DNA of 64,000 nt from an uncultured Phycisphaerales bacterium. GTDB taxonomy: Bacteria > Planctomycetota > Phycisphaerae > Sedimentisphaerales > Anaerobacaceae. The stretch is from contig CAVYYI010000002.1 in NCBI GenBank assembly GCA_963772725.1, positions 192,001-256,000 of the forward strand, given 5' to 3'. The notes under the pieces are model-generated. The model was given only the letters and a program-made list of their open reading frames with translations. It did no database searches and was not told where the DNA came from. Position numbers and translations under genes: made by a program. Positions 43,868-55,781 of the stretch are shown here, piece by piece. The first letter of the stretch is position 1. Each line of letters opens with the position of its first letter.

Positions 43868-46580
43868 ATGGCAAAGAAAATGGTTTACTTTTTCGGCGAA
43901 GGCAAGGCCGAAGGTAACGCGAAAATGAAGGAGCTTTTGGGCGGCAAAGGCGCAAATCTGGCCGAAATGGCCAATATCGGCGTGCCTGTTCCGCCCGGTT
44001 TTACAATCACAACGGAGGTATGCACACATTACTATCAGAACAAAAAAACATCTCCCAAAGGGCTGAAGGAAGAAGTCAAAAAGGCGATGGAAAAGGTCGA
44101 GAAAATGATGGGCAAAAAATTCGGCGACCCCGAAAACCCGCTTCTGGTTTCCGTACGTTCAGGGGCAAGGCGTTCGATGCCCGGAATGATGGAAACGGTT
44201 TTGAATGTCGGCCTGACCGAAAAAACCATACCCGGCCTGATAAACAGAAAGCGGCGACGAGCGATTTGTTTACGACGCATATCGCCGGCTGATTATGATG
44301 TACTCCGATGTCGTGATGGAAAAGGCCGCCGGCATCGAGCCGAAGGATGACAGGGTATCCGCAAGCAGCTTGAAAAGATTATGGACGAGCTGAAGGAGAA
44401 AAAAGGCTATAAGAGCGATACCGACCTGACTGCCGAAGACCTTAAAAACCTTTGCGAATTGTTCAAGACAAGCGTTAAAGAAGTTCTGGGCAAGGATTTC
44501 CCCGATGACCCCAATGAGCAGTTATGGGGCGGCATTAACGCAGTGTTCGCATCGTGGAACGGCAAACGCGCTATCAGCTACCGCCGGATTGAAGGCATCC
44601 CGGATGAATGGGGCACAGCAGTCAACGTTCAGACGATGGTCTTCGGAAATATGGGCGAGGAATCGGCTACGGGCGTGGCGTTCACGCGTAATCCCGGCAA
44701 CGGCGAAAATAATTTCTACGGCGAATACCTGATCAACGCACAGGGCGAAGATGTAGTCGCGGGTATCCGGACACCGGCTCCCATAAACGAGTATTCAACA
44801 GTCCGAACATAATAAAGAATCTCGTTACACTCGAAAAGGAGATGCCGAAGACTTTACAAGGAATTGTTCGCCATTCAAAACAAGCTTGAAAAGCATTACC
44901 GCGATATGCAGGATATCGAGTTCACGATCGAAAAAGGCAAGCTGTTTATGCTGCAGTGCCGCATCGGCAAGCGCAACGGCCCGGCGGCGGTGCGAATGGC
45001 AATGGATATGCTGAAGGAAAAGACTGATCAAGAAGGAAGAGGCTGTAATGCGGGTAACGCCTGCGCAGCTGGATGAACTGCTGCACCCGATTATCGACCC
45101 GAAGGCTGAAAAGCGTCACGAACCCCGATAGCGAAAGGTTTACCGGCGGGTCCGGGCGGCGCAACAGGGCAAATCGTATTCTCCGCCCACGATGCCGTTA
45201 ATGGGCAAAGCACGGCAAAAAAGTAATTCTGGTTCGCGAAGAGACAAATCCGGAAGACGTAGAAGGTATGCGTGCGGCGCAGGCCATTTTGACCGCTCGC
45301 GGCGGTATGACCTCGCACGCGGCACTTGTCGCTCGCGGCTGGGGTAAATGCTGCATCGTCGGCTGCAGCGCATCTGCATGTCGAACACGACAAAAAGGAA
45401 GTTACACGTCGGAGGTAAAATTTCAACGAAGGCGACTGGATTACGCTCAACGGCACCAAGGGAAACGTATATGATGGCAGCTGCCTATGATTGACGCGGC
45501 AGAGAATAAACTTCTGGCCGATTTCCTCAAGGTATGCGATTCAATCAGGAAACTCGGCATCCGCACAAATGCCGACACACCCGAAGACGCACAAAAGCCC
45601 GCTTGTTCGGCGCAGAAGGCATCGGCCTGTTCAGAACCGAACACATGTTCTACGGCAAAGGTTCCGATGAGCCGTTGTTTATCCTTCGCAAGATGATTGT
45701 TTCAAGACACTCGAAGAACGAAAGAAAGCCGTCGAAGAACTGTTCCCGTATGTAAAAAAAGATATTAAGGGCACAATAGAGGCGATGGACGGTCTGCCGG
45801 TGGTGATTCGTCTGCTTGACCCGCCATTGCATGAGTTCGTGCCGCGCAATCAGGATAAACTCGAAGCAATTGGCAAACGACCTCAATATCAGCATGGATG
45901 AACTGTCCAAACGTGCCGACAATCTGCACGAGTCCAACCCGATGATGGGACATCGCGGCGTTCGCCTCGGCGTTACTTATCCGGAAGTCAGCGAAATGCA
46001 GATTCGCGCGATATTCGAAGCCGCCGCGGAACTGCTCAAGGAAGGCAAAAAGCCGTATCCTGAAATAATGATTCCGGTTGTCTGCGACGTAAAGGAACTC
46101 AAGAATCAGCAGGCCATTGTGCAGAAAGTTTACAAAGAGGTTCTCGCAAAATACAACCTCAAGAAGATTAAACACATGTTCGGCACAATGATTGAGATTC
46201 CGCGCGCGGCCATCGTGGCTGACCAGATTGCCGAAGTTGCCGAGTTCTTCTCGTTCGGCACCAACGATCTGACGCAGATGGGCTTCGGCTTTTCTCGCGA
46301 TGATATCGGCGGCTTCTTGCCCGATTACCTCAAAAAAGGTATTCTGCCAGACGACCCGTTCCAGACCATCGACCAGCAGGGTATCGGCGAGCTGATAAAG
46401 ATCGGCATCGAGCGAGGCACGCAAAGACCCGCAAAAACCTCGAAGTCGGCATCTGCGGCGAACACGGCGGCGAACCAAAGAGTATCGACTTCTGCCACAG
46501 CGTCGGGATGGATTATGTCTCCTGCTCGCCTTTCAGAGTGCCTATCGCACGATTGGCGGCAGCACAGGCCGCTGTGGTAA
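43868..46580 (+). CDS. ppdK: Pyruvate phosphate dikinase, many frameshifts (pseudogene or sequencing error)
   Basis: [77 protein letters not shown] spread over many frames. Confidence 0.92.
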
Positions 46581-46620
46581 ATAAATAAAGAGCTTTTGTA
46601 TAAAAGTTCTGTTGAACGAT

Positions 46621-46655
46621 AACGGCTGTGAGCCAATAACTCACAGCCGTTTTTA
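46621..46655 (+). terminator. Intrinsic terminator after ppdK
   Basis: AACGGCTGTGAG-loop-CTCACAGCCGTT followed by a T-run. Confidence 0.75.
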
Positions 46656-46679
46656 TTTCTACTCTCTACATCTAAAAAA

Positions 46680-48047
46680 TTACAACTTCAGTTCTGTCTG
46701 CAAAAAAGCGAGGTCTTTATTATGATTGATTTTAAAGAGCCATTTCAGCTTATGGACGGTCATTGCGTCAAGGTCTATCAAAACAGGGCCGTGCCGTGTA
46801 ATAAGAATATTAGTGTGCTTCAGGTCGCCGTGAGATATGCGATATTTGCTCAGCCTGTTGATTAATTCTATGACATCGCTGAGGGCCTTACTCTTCTGCT
46901 GACTGCCTATGCTTTCATCCCGTAAAAAATCATAAAGTTTCGGGGCCTCAACAAATTCCGTAACAAAATAAGACTTCCATATCAGCGGCCCTTTATACTC
47001 TTCTATAAAAGCCAACGGCCTCGGCGTAGCCGCGCCAAGCATACCCAAACGATGGGCATTCAGCCAGCACCGCCTCGCGCGGGAATGCCTGATTGTGTGC
47101 CGAAAAGAATGAATCAAATTTTTATGATTAAACCTTTTTACCACAATATCCTTACCATTCCACATCAGTCGAGAAACATAACAGGTGTTTCCGTCTTTAA
47201 GAATCGAGCCTGCATCCATTAACTTGTCTATTTGATTAATAAAATCGATTCCATCAGCATCCATTAAGAAATCCGCCGCGAAAACGGCAAGACATCTGCC
47301 GGTTTTGATTCTGACTTTCCTTTTGCCCGTACGCATACATTTCTTTAATTGTTTTCTGATGGCCGTTTTGGTGTGTGCCGCCGCCTTCCTCTCCAAAAGC
47401 AGTATATCTTCTTTATCAAAATGCCATCCGCGACATTGTGCATATTCCTCAGAAAGCTTTGAAACCGAATGTGGGTTTTCCGCCGGCAAACCCATAACCA
47501 GCCATGCCAGATGCGAAATACTCTCTTTCCGCGACAACTCCCCGGAATAAAACTTCACCTGCCCGGGGTCGATGGTAAAAACCTTGTCATTTTTCAGCAA
47601 AAAATTCCCAAGATGAAAGTCCTTTTGCAAAACCCCCTTTTGGTGCTGAGCAGCCATTTCCCTGCAAACCAAAAGCAAGATATTAAGCTTTGCCTCGGGA
47701 CTTTTCATTCCGAGAAAAATATCAATCGCCGGCAGTGAATCCGATACTTTTTCTTCAACCAGCGCCCAATACCCATCGCTTGTTTTTCCGCAAAACAGCG
47801 GTTCAGGCGAATTAAGACCCCGTTTGCGCAATTCGTTCAATCCCCGCCATTCTTTTTTGAGATGAAGCCCCGCCTTTATTCTATGACGAAAAACCTTAAC
47901 AATAACAGCTTTATTATTCCATACTGCGTCATAGACCTGCCTTACCCCATGAATATTCCGCAGCAAGGCCTTGCAATACAGGCGCTGCTCTTGCGTCTCC
48001 TCGCCGCAAACAGGTTTGATTAAAAGCTGATATGAAAATTCAGTCAT
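46680..48047 (-). CDS. Tandem-domain lipopolysaccharide kinase (Kdo/WaaP/InaA family)
   Basis: Two kinase cores: QKDFHLGNFL..IDP and HGDLKHTNIL..IDLD. Confidence 0.8.
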   Translation of the reverse strand: MTEFSYQLLIKPVCGEETQEQRLYCKALLRNIHGVRQVYDAVWNNKAVIVKVFRHRIKAGLHLKKEWRGLNELRKRGLNSPEPLFCGKTSDGYWALVEEKVSDSLPAIDIFLGMKSPEAKLNILLLVCREMAAQHQKGVLQKDFHLGNFLLKNDKVFTIDPGQVKFYSGELSRKESISHLAWLVMGLPAENPHSVSKLSEEYAQCRGWHFDKEDILLLERKAAAHTKTAIRKQLKKCMRTGKRKVRIKTGRCLAVFAADFLMDADGIDFINQIDKLMDAGSILKDGNTCYVSRLMWNGKDIVVKRFNHKNLIHSFRHTIRHSRARRCWLNAHRLGMLGAATPRPLAFIEEYKGPLIWKSYFVTEFVEAPKLYDFLRDESIGSQQKSKALSDVIELINRLSKYRISHGDLKHTNILITRHGPVLIDLDAMTVHKLKWLFKINHNKDLAFLQTELKL

Positions 48048-48065
48048 ATTAAAAGATTCTAAATG

Positions 48066-48118
48066 CATTTTAAGCTTTGGTTTTTGAACTCTCAAACTGA
48101 CCATCCGTCAGTTTGAGT
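48066..48118. repeat. Dispersed ~53-bp palindromic repeat (second copy 52364-52416)
   Basis: CATTTTAASCTTTGRTTTTTGAACTCTCARACTGACCATYYGTCRGTTTRAGT in both places. Confidence 0.75.
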
Positions 48119-48121
48119 ATC

Positions 48122-50320
48122 TTAACCGGCCATTATCTGCTTTTCATATAAACTCTGATAAAGCTCACAGCTTTTGCTCAATTCCGCGTGATTGCCCTGC
48201 GCAACAATTCGGCCGTCATTCATCACAACTATCACATCGGCATTGATAATGGTGCTGAACCTATGCGCTATTATAAAACACGTCCGCTCCCGCATCATTT
48301 CCTCAATAGCTTTATGAATCTTAGCCTCGCTGTCCGCGTCAACCTGGCTGGTGGCCTCGTCAAAAATAAGTATCGTCGGGTTCTTCAAAATCGCACGGGC
48401 GATAATTATTCTCTGTAACTGCCCGCCGCTAAGCCCTGTCCCCTGCTCTCCAATCATTGAGTCATAACCGTTTGGTAATGGTGCGATAAACTCATGGGCA
48501 TACGCGCGTTTTGCCGCATCAATAATCTGCTCTCGCGTAGCATCCAGCCTGCCGTAGGCGATGTTGGCCGCTATCGTATCATTAAATGTCACCACATTCT
48601 GGGTAACCATCGCGATCTGGTTTCGCAAACTAAAAAGCGTTACATCGCGAATATCTTTGCCGTCTATCAGGATACTGCCGCTATTCGGGTCATAAAACCT
48701 CGGAACTAAATTTGCCAGCGTCGTTTTGCCTGAACCGTTAGGTCCTACCAGTGCAATAGTATGACCTGCTTTAACTGACAGATTTATTTTTTTTAACACG
48801 GGCCTGTCAGTTTTGGGATAATTAAATAAAACATTCCTGAATTCTATGTTCTTTTTCAGCACAGGCAGTTCAGCTGCGCCAGGTTTGTCTATTTCAACCG
48901 GCTGGTCCATAAGTGCAAAGACTCTGTCCGAAGCGGCGTTTGCTTCCTGAAGCTTGTTCCAGATGTCGCTTGTTTTTCTCGTTGCTTCAGCGGCACAACC
49001 AAGGAAAACCAGCAATGTCAAAAACGATTCACCCTCAATCTTATTTTGTGTAACCCACTGAACGCCCGCTATTAATGCGGCAAAAGCCGCTCCCATTCCC
49101 AATACTTCCAGCACAGGCATCGTAGCGGAATCAACCCTTGAAATCTTAAGCAGTTGTTTCAGCAACTTGTTATTAATCTCTCTAAAAGCAGACTCTTCAT
49201 GTTTTTGCTGGTTATAAACCTTTACCACTTTAAGACCGTTCATGGTATCCTGAAGTTTAGCAAGCAGCTGGGACCATGCCATCAGAGATTTTTTTGACGC
49301 CTTTTTCATCTTCTTACCAAGTAAGGCCACGGCCCCGAGCACCAGAGGCGCACTGGCAATAAATATGACTGTTAATTGCCAGTTAATAAGCATTGCCGCG
49401 GCGAGGAAAAAAGTCGCATTTAAAGGCTCTCTCAGGGCCTTACCAAGCATAATTTTTACGGCCTTACCCATCGCGGCGGTATCGCCTATAAGGCGGCTTA
49501 CCGTGTCACTAGGCCTTTCGGTATTAAAAAAACCTATCGGCATATACATAACATGCTTAAACGCGTCTTCACGCAGACGATTTATTCCAACCTGCACTAC
49601 TTTCTCCGCCAGATAATCCTGGCAGAACTTCGCAAAACAGCGAATTACTGTAACGATGCCGATTATCGCTACAATAAAGATAATATCCTTCATTTTGTTA
49701 TTCTGATTTTCACTTCTCGGCAGGAAACTTATAACATACCGCAATTGACTGCTAACCCAAGTCTTGAGCGACCATTTTATTTTTTCAAAGATATTCCAAT
49801 CTAAACTCTCAATAAAAGCTTTATCCGAAGGGCTGTGCAGCGTCAAAACCGCATCCTGCTCTGGGCTGTTTCGTCTGACGTGTACGGCGATTTCATTCTT
49901 GCCAGTTGCGGCCAATTCTCTTAATAAATCAACAGAAACTGTTTTTTCAATTTGTGTTCCTGCCTGAATCGTTCCAATTCCGACTATCCTGTCAAAACGC
50001 GCAAAACCCGCTTCTCGGGCCAAACCTTTTTTCTGCACCCCGGTTAAGATAAGCTCATGCACAAAATCTTTTTCGTTGTTTTGGATAAAATCTTCCATAT
50101 CAGGCACATAAAAAGACACCCCGTACTGCCATTCGCAGGTCTTTCTATCAACCCAGCCGTGCAGACCTTCCTTGCCCATCATGACTTTCATCAGGGGGAT
50201 AATTGTCATAAAGCTGAGCGACAACAGCATCGAGACAACTATCACACTCAGAACGACAACGATAATCCTTGGCCACTGAGGCAGGATATACGCAAACATC
50301 CGTTTAAAGGAACCCATCAA
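48122..50320 (-). CDS. MsbA-like ABC exporter (TMD-NBD) with periplasmic insertion
   Basis: GPNGSGKT, LSGGQ, ILIFDEATS, IAHR; adjacent to the LPS kinase. Confidence 0.88.
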   Translation of the reverse strand: MMGSFKRMFAYILPQWPRIIVVVLSVIVVSMLLSLSFMTIIPLMKVMMGKEGLHGWVDRKTCEWQYGVSFYVPDMEDFIQNNEKDFVHELILTGVQKKGLAREAGFARFDRIVGIGTIQAGTQIEKTVSVDLLRELAATGKNEIAVHVRRNSPEQDAVLTLHSPSDKAFIESLDWNIFEKIKWSLKTWVSSQLRYVISFLPRSENQNNKMKDIIFIVAIIGIVTVIRCFAKFCQDYLAEKVVQVGINRLREDAFKHVMYMPIGFFNTERPSDTVSRLIGDTAAMGKAVKIMLGKALREPLNATFFLAAAMLINWQLTVIFIASAPLVLGAVALLGKKMKKASKKSLMAWSQLLAKLQDTMNGLKVVKVYNQQKHEESAFREINNKLLKQLLKISRVDSATMPVLEVLGMGAAFAALIAGVQWVTQNKIEGESFLTLLVFLGCAAEATRKTSDIWNKLQEANAASDRVFALMDQPVEIDKPGAAELPVLKKNIEFRNVLFNYPKTDRPVLKKINLSVKAGHTIALVGPNGSGKTTLANLVPRFYDPNSGSILIDGKDIRDVTLFSLRNQIAMVTQNVVTFNDTIAANIAYGRLDATREQIIDAAKRAYAHEFIAPLPNGYDSMIGEQGTGLSGGQLQRIIIARAILKNPTILIFDEATSQVDADSEAKIHKAIEEMMRERTCFIIAHRFSTIINADVIVVMNDGRIVAQGNHAELSKSCELYQSLYEKQIMAG

Positions 50321-50449
50321 ACTTATCTCCAGCTTCTTTTAAAATTAAACCTTAGAACGATAGCATACTATACCCAACAGGTCAAGTAATATGCCCGCCT
50401 GTGAGGGGTTTTCAAATGTATTCAACCTACTATTTCACGATACTGCACA

Positions 50450-51926
50450 TTAGACAATGTATGTACTGGAAGCCGTTGTGCCGCCGTGTCCTGTCCAGTT
50501 GGTATGGAAAAACTCTCCTCGCGGCTTATCAACTCTCTCGTAAGTATGTGCACCAAAATAATCCCGCTGCGCCTGAAGCAGATTGGCGGGCAGCCTGTTA
50601 TGGCGATAACCGTCGTAATATGCCAAAGCCGCGCTGATGGCCGGCATGGGAATACCAAGCCCAACCGCCGCCTTAACAACACGACGCCACGAATCCTGTG
50701 CCTTTGTAACTGCCTTTTTGAAGAACGGGTCTAGCAGCAAATTAACAAGACCCTGATTATTATCGAATGCCTCTTTTATCTTCCCAAGAAATGCCGAGCG
50801 AATAATACAGCCGCCCCGCCACATAAGAGCGATACCGCCGTTATTGAGATTCCACTTGTATTCCGTCGCAGCCGCCCGCATAAGCTGATAACCCTGCGCA
50901 TAACTGACAATCTTTGACGCGTACAATGCCTGTTTCAGGTCATTAAGCAATTCCTTTTTGTCACCATCAAATTTCGTTTTAGGCCCTTTGAGAATTTTCG
51001 ACGCCGCAACACGCTCATCCTTAATCGCTGACAAACACCTCGCAAAAACCGCCTCGCCTATAAGCGTTAGAGGCTGCCCAAAATCAAGTGCGGCTATTAC
51101 CGCCCATTTTCCGGTCCCCTTCTGGCCCGCTGTATCGAGAATCAAGATCGATGACCTCATTGCCCTGCTCATCCTTATAGGCAAGAATATCCCGTGTTAT
51201 CTCGAATAAGATATGAATCAAGCTCACCCTTATTCCACTCGGCAAAAACCTTATGCATCTCCTGGTTGGTCATCCCCAGACCTTCCTTCATCATTTGATA
51301 GGTCTCGCAAATCATCTGCATATCGCCGTACTCGATGCCGTTATGCACCATCTTTACGAAATGCCCCGCGCCATTTTCACCGACCCAGTCGCAGCAGGGC
51401 TGGCCGTCATCGGTATTTGCGGCAATCTTCTGGAATATCGGCTTTACCGCGGGCCATGCCTTGGGTGAGCCACCCGGCATAATCGACGGGCCAAGAAGAG
51501 CGCCCTCTTCGCCGCCGGAAACACCAGTCCCAATATAAAGTTTACCCTTACTCTCAACATAAGCTGTCCTGCGAATAGTATCAGGAAAATGACTGTTGCC
51601 GCCGTCAATGATAATGTCTCCGTTTTCAAGAGCGGCAGCACCAGCTCAATAAAATCATCCACCGCCTGTCCGGCCTTAATCATCAGCATAACCTTTCGCG
51701 GCTTATTCAACGCACCTGCAAGCTCTTCAATGGAATGACAGCCTATGAGATTTTTATTCTTGCCTCTGCCGTTAATAAATTCATCCACCTTAGATACCGT
51801 ACGATTAAAGCATGCCACCGTAAAACCCTTGCTTTCCATATTCAGGATTAGATTTTCACCCATCACCGCCAAACCAATCAAACCTATATCCGCCTGCGGT
51901 GAGCTTGCCGAATCTGCCTTACCCAT
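50450..51926 (-). CDS. gnd: 6-phosphogluconate dehydrogenase (decarboxylating), with frameshifts
   Basis: [45 protein letters not shown]. Confidence 0.93.
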
Positions 51927-52363
51927 CTTGCACTATCCTTTCAATTATGGTCGTTTACTGCCTTGGGGTATATCTTGACTGCTTCAATGTCTATTTATGT
52001 CATTCCAAACCAGATGAAAACAAAACAATATGTTGCGCTAAAAACATCCAGAAATCAAGCGGCAAAATTGGGCCTTTTTACTTTTTACATTTTGCTTCTT
52101 TATTTTCCTTCCGGGATACTCAGTATAAAACCGTTAGACAGCCTATGCAGCATTTCGCCCGCGTGATGCACAACAAGTATCTCCTGGTCTTCCCTATTCT
52201 CGTAATCCTCGATATCTATCGTCCGCCGCCAAGCGTATCCTGTTATTATAAAAACCTGAAAAATTCTCAACTGACCAATTTATCGCTAACAATCAATATA
52301 AGCTATATAATATCAAATCCAATAAAAATAGCATCCTGCTTTCGGCGGAATTCCATAATTTTA

Positions 52364-52416
52364 CATTTTAACCTTTGATTTTTGAACTCTCAGACTGACC
52401 ATTTGTCGGTTTAAGT
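52364..52416. repeat. Dispersed palindromic repeat copy 2
   Basis: Homologous to 48066-48118. Confidence 0.75.
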
Positions 52417-52469
52417 CATGGATAATTTGCACTTGCCTTTATGCGTGGTTACTGCTATATCTTTATACA

Positions 52470-54035
52470 ATGACATATTTAACGGTACCGATAGCAGCGA
52501 AGGATTTAGAGCAGGCAGTCACGCAGATAAAGGCCGCGGCGGCTGGCAGGGCTGAGATGCTCGAACTGCGAACGGATTATCTCGAAAATCTAAGCACAGA
52601 ACTGGTGAGAAAATTAATCGTAGAGGCCAAGGGCATCTGCGGCTCGGTGCCTTTGATAGTAACCTGCCGTGACGTTCGCCAGGGCGGGGTAATAGATTAT
52701 CCGCTGACATTGCGAATCGACGTGTTGGCTGAGGCATTAAAGGCAGGCGCGGAATACGTGGATTTTGAATATGATAATTTTCTTGCGCCGACAAGCCGGG
52801 GAAAAATAAGAGTTGCCAAGTCGCAGAGTTTGAAAGGCAAACTGATACTCTCGGCGCACAATTTCAGCGGCAGGCTCCCAGATATGTCAAAGCTTTATCG
52901 TCATATCCAGACGCTGTACCCGGCGGCGATTCCAAAACTCGTGTACACAGCAAACCACATTAACGACTGTTTCGATGCGTTCGATTTGCTGCACAAAACA
53001 AGCGGGGAGCGAATAATTTTCTGTATGGGCCAGGCCGGCCTTATAAGCAGAATCATCGCGAAAAAATTAGGCAGCTTCGTTACTTTCGCTTCGCTCGATG
53101 ACGACACCGCGACCGCGCCGGGGCAACTTACCATTGGCCAATTTAAGAATCTTTACCGCTATAATGACATAAAACCCGATACCGAGCTTTATGGGGTAAT
53201 CGGCTCGCCAATTGCCCATTCGCTGAGTCCGGCGATTCACAACGCCTGTTTCGTCGATGCGGGGATGAATAAGCTGTATCTGCCGCTGCTGGTCGAAGGA
53301 GGCAAAGAGGAATTCGAGCAGTTTATGAAAAACGCGGTCAACCGGCCGTGGCTGAATTTCCACGGTTTGAGCATAACGATTCCGCACAAGGCGAACGTTT
53401 TGGATTACACGCGGAAAATGTACGGCTTTATCGAGCCTTTGGCAGACCGAATTGGGGCAGCAAATACCCTTTTGCTCAGCAGGAACGGGAAGTTCAAAGC
53501 CTATAACACCGATTACAGCGGCGCACTGGACGCGATTACCTCGGCGATGAAAATCAATCGCGCTGACCTTAAAGAAATATCCGTCGCGGTCATAGGTGCC
53601 GGCGGTGTCGCAAGAGCCATAGTGGCGGGCCTGAGCGATGCCGGCGCCAAAATCAAAATTTACAATCGCACAATTGAAAAGGCGCAGTCGCTTGCCGCTG
53701 AATTTCACTGCGAAGCCGGGCCGCTCGAAGACTTGCAAAATATGGACGCCAAACTGCTCGTGAACTGCACAAGTATCGGGATGCACCCGGAAGTTGAAAA
53801 GAGCCCCATTGCGAAAGAGTACATAAAAAAAGGGATGGTTGTTTTTGATACGGTTTATAATCCCGCTGAGACACTGCTATTGAAACAGGCCAAAGAAGCC
53901 CACGCCAAAACAATCGACGGACTGTCGATGTTCGTCAACCAGGCCGCCGAACAGTTCAAACTTTTTACCGGCAGAGACGCCAATACAAAACTTATGCGAA
54001 AAACAGTTGCTAATTGCCTCACTATGGCAATATAA
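52470..54035 (+). CDS. aroE: Bifunctional type I 3-dehydroquinate dehydratase / shikimate dehydrogenase
   Basis: ELRTD, SAHNF, MG..G.ISR, TAPGQ (AroD); HSLSP.IHN, TIPHK, NTD, GAGG, QA..QF (AroE). Confidence 0.92.
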   Translation: MTYLTVPIAAKDLEQAVTQIKAAAAGRAEMLELRTDYLENLSTELVRKLIVEAKGICGSVPLIVTCRDVRQGGVIDYPLTLRIDVLAEALKAGAEYVDFEYDNFLAPTSRGKIRVAKSQSLKGKLILSAHNFSGRLPDMSKLYRHIQTLYPAAIPKLVYTANHINDCFDAFDLLHKTSGERIIFCMGQAGLISRIIAKKLGSFVTFASLDDDTATAPGQLTIGQFKNLYRYNDIKPDTELYGVIGSPIAHSLSPAIHNACFVDAGMNKLYLPLLVEGGKEEFEQFMKNAVNRPWLNFHGLSITIPHKANVLDYTRKMYGFIEPLADRIGAANTLLLSRNGKFKAYNTDYSGALDAITSAMKINRADLKEISVAVIGAGGVARAIVAGLSDAGAKIKIYNRTIEKAQSLAAEFHCEAGPLEDLQNMDAKLLVNCTSIGMHPEVEKSPIAKEYIKKGMVVFDTVYNPAETLLLKQAKEAHAKTIDGLSMFVNQAAEQFKLFTGRDANTKLMRKTVANCLTMAI

Positions 54036-54047
54036 TTAACCATTGAT

Positions 54048-54824
54048 ATGTCTTTAGGCCAGATAATACGAAAAAAACGCGAAGCACTGCATCTGACTCT
54101 CGATGAGGTCAGTGAGGTTGTGGGCTTTTCCAAGCCCTACCTGTCAACTATTGAAACGGACAAGGTAAAGAATCCTCCGAGGGATGAACTGCTGATAAAA
54201 CTCGAAAAGGCCCTGCAGTTCGAGCCGGGACTTTTGCTGCACATCGCTCACTTGGAAAGGCTTCCTTCGGATATCAGGCAGAAATACGAATCTGTTGAGG
54301 CCGAGAACCAGAAGTGGCGGCAGTTTATTAAGAACCTTGTTGATACAAAAGATGAGTCCGGGCAGATTGACAGCCTTCTGGCTAAAAGCGATTTGAATAT
54401 CGGGCCGAAAGAGTCAGTTTTGTCGCCCGGCAGTTTGGTGCCGGTAATAAACAAGGTTTCCGCGGGTTATCCGACCGATTTCGACGACCTTGATTACCCG
54501 GTGGGTGTGGCCGATGATTATGTTCGCTGCCCGGATTTGCACGACCCTCATGCTTTCGCGGTACGCGTCGTGGGGGATTCGATGGAGCCGAAATTCATCG
54601 AGGGCAATATTGTGGTTTTTTCTCCGGCAGCGGAAGTTCATAACGGCGACGATTGTTTCATCAGGTTTACCGCACCTCACGAAACAACATTCAAGCGGGT
54701 ATTTTTTGAGCCGAACAGCACCGTCCGGCTTCAGCCTCGCAACGAAAAATATCCACCGATAATTACCGATGGAAAACGCATTAACGGCCTGTATAAGGCG
54801 GTAATAAAATACGAAAAGTTGTAA
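54048..54824 (+). CDS. XRE-family regulator with S24 (LexA/CI-like) peptidase domain
   Basis: N-terminal HTH; SAG cleavage site, GDSMEP, TFKR. Confidence 0.85.
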   Translation: MSLGQIIRKKREALHLTLDEVSEVVGFSKPYLSTIETDKVKNPPRDELLIKLEKALQFEPGLLLHIAHLERLPSDIRQKYESVEAENQKWRQFIKNLVDTKDESGQIDSLLAKSDLNIGPKESVLSPGSLVPVINKVSAGYPTDFDDLDYPVGVADDYVRCPDLHDPHAFAVRVVGDSMEPKFIEGNIVVFSPAAEVHNGDDCFIRFTAPHETTFKRVFFEPNSTVRLQPRNEKYPPIITDGKRINGLYKAVIKYEKL

Positions 54825-54844
54825 TGACCTTTTAAAAAAGACTT

Positions 54845-55336
54845 GTGGAGGATAAAATCATGACAAAGGGCATTGTGGTTTATTATTCCCGGAGCGGAAA
54901 CACCAGGCAAATGGCGGAATTGATTTCGCAGTCAATGAATGAAACAGGCCTGCCGACAGAATGCAAATCAGTCGAAGATGTAAAAGCGGCGGATTTGCTT
55001 AACTACGAGGCCATCGTTACAGGCTCGCCGACTTATTACGGCCAGATGGCGGCACCTTTGAAGCAGTTGTTTGACGATTTAGTCAACAATCATGGCCGTC
55101 TCGACGGGAAAATAGGAGCGGCTTTTACCAGCGCCGCAAACATAGGCGGCGGAAACGAAACAACCATTATGGGAATTATAGAAGCTATGCTTATTTCCGG
55201 TATGGTTGTCCAGGGTGACCCGATGGGCGACCATTATGGACCTGTTTCAATCGGCAAGCCCGATGACAGGGTCAAAAAGCAATGCCGCCGCCGCGGAGCA
55301 AGAATTGCCGAACTTACAAAAAAGCTTTTCCCCTAA
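54845..55336 (+). CDS. Flavodoxin / WrbA-like NAD(P)H oxidoreductase
   Basis: YYSRSGNT, GSPTYYG, GKIGAAF. Confidence 0.85.
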   Translation: MEDKIMTKGIVVYYSRSGNTRQMAELISQSMNETGLPTECKSVEDVKAADLLNYEAIVTGSPTYYGQMAAPLKQLFDDLVNNHGRLDGKIGAAFTSAANIGGGNETTIMGIIEAMLISGMVVQGDPMGDHYGPVSIGKPDDRVKKQCRRRGARIAELTKKLFP

Positions 55337-55475
55337 AAAACCGGCATATAAAAAAATGCGTTTTTTTCATAAAAACAGCATTTTTCTTTGACAAACGCGT
55401 GAGTTGAGGTTAACTTTTCAATAAGTGTGAACCAATGTAAAGCTTAGTAATAGATAATTTCTGGAGAATTATAAA

Positions 55476-55649
55476 ATGCAGCAGTATGAAACTCTTAAGA
55501 CGTTGGTAGCTGAAATCGAGGCTGATATTAACAAGGCCGAGGGCGGAAACAAGGCCGCGGGGACACGAGTTCGCAAACAGATGCAGGAAATCAAGAAGGC
55601 GGCACAGGTTGTCAGAAGCGCCATTCTTGAAATTCGCTCTGCTGAATAA
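55476..55649 (+). CDS. Histone H1-like (Hc1-family) small protein, not in ORF track
   Basis: MQQYETLKTLVAEIEADINKAEGGNKAAGTRVRKQMQEIKKAAQVVRSAILEIRSAE; GGAG RBS; TTGACA-N17-TAACTT at 55388-55416. Confidence 0.8.
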   Translation: MQQYETLKTLVAEIEADINKAEGGNKAAGTRVRKQMQEIKKAAQVVRSAILEIRSAE

Positions 55650-55781
55650 GTAACCGCGACTACCGGTTAATCTTTATTTCTGTTGTTGATTTAACTTGAT
55701 TGCGGCACAATAGTCGCAGCTTGTGAAGAGTTGTTGTTTTATTGACCGTATAATTATAGAAATTTTTTATCAGGATAGAAG

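Noticed and set aside
2579..51926. Programmed frameshifts or phase variation in Fic, drmD, recQ and gnd
   Set aside because: Scattered single-base indels, mostly at short homopolymers and including housekeeping genes; sequencing error is the simpler explanation
54048..54824. Prophage repressor marking a prophage
   Set aside because: It sits in an aroDE-flavodoxin operon with no phage genes nearby
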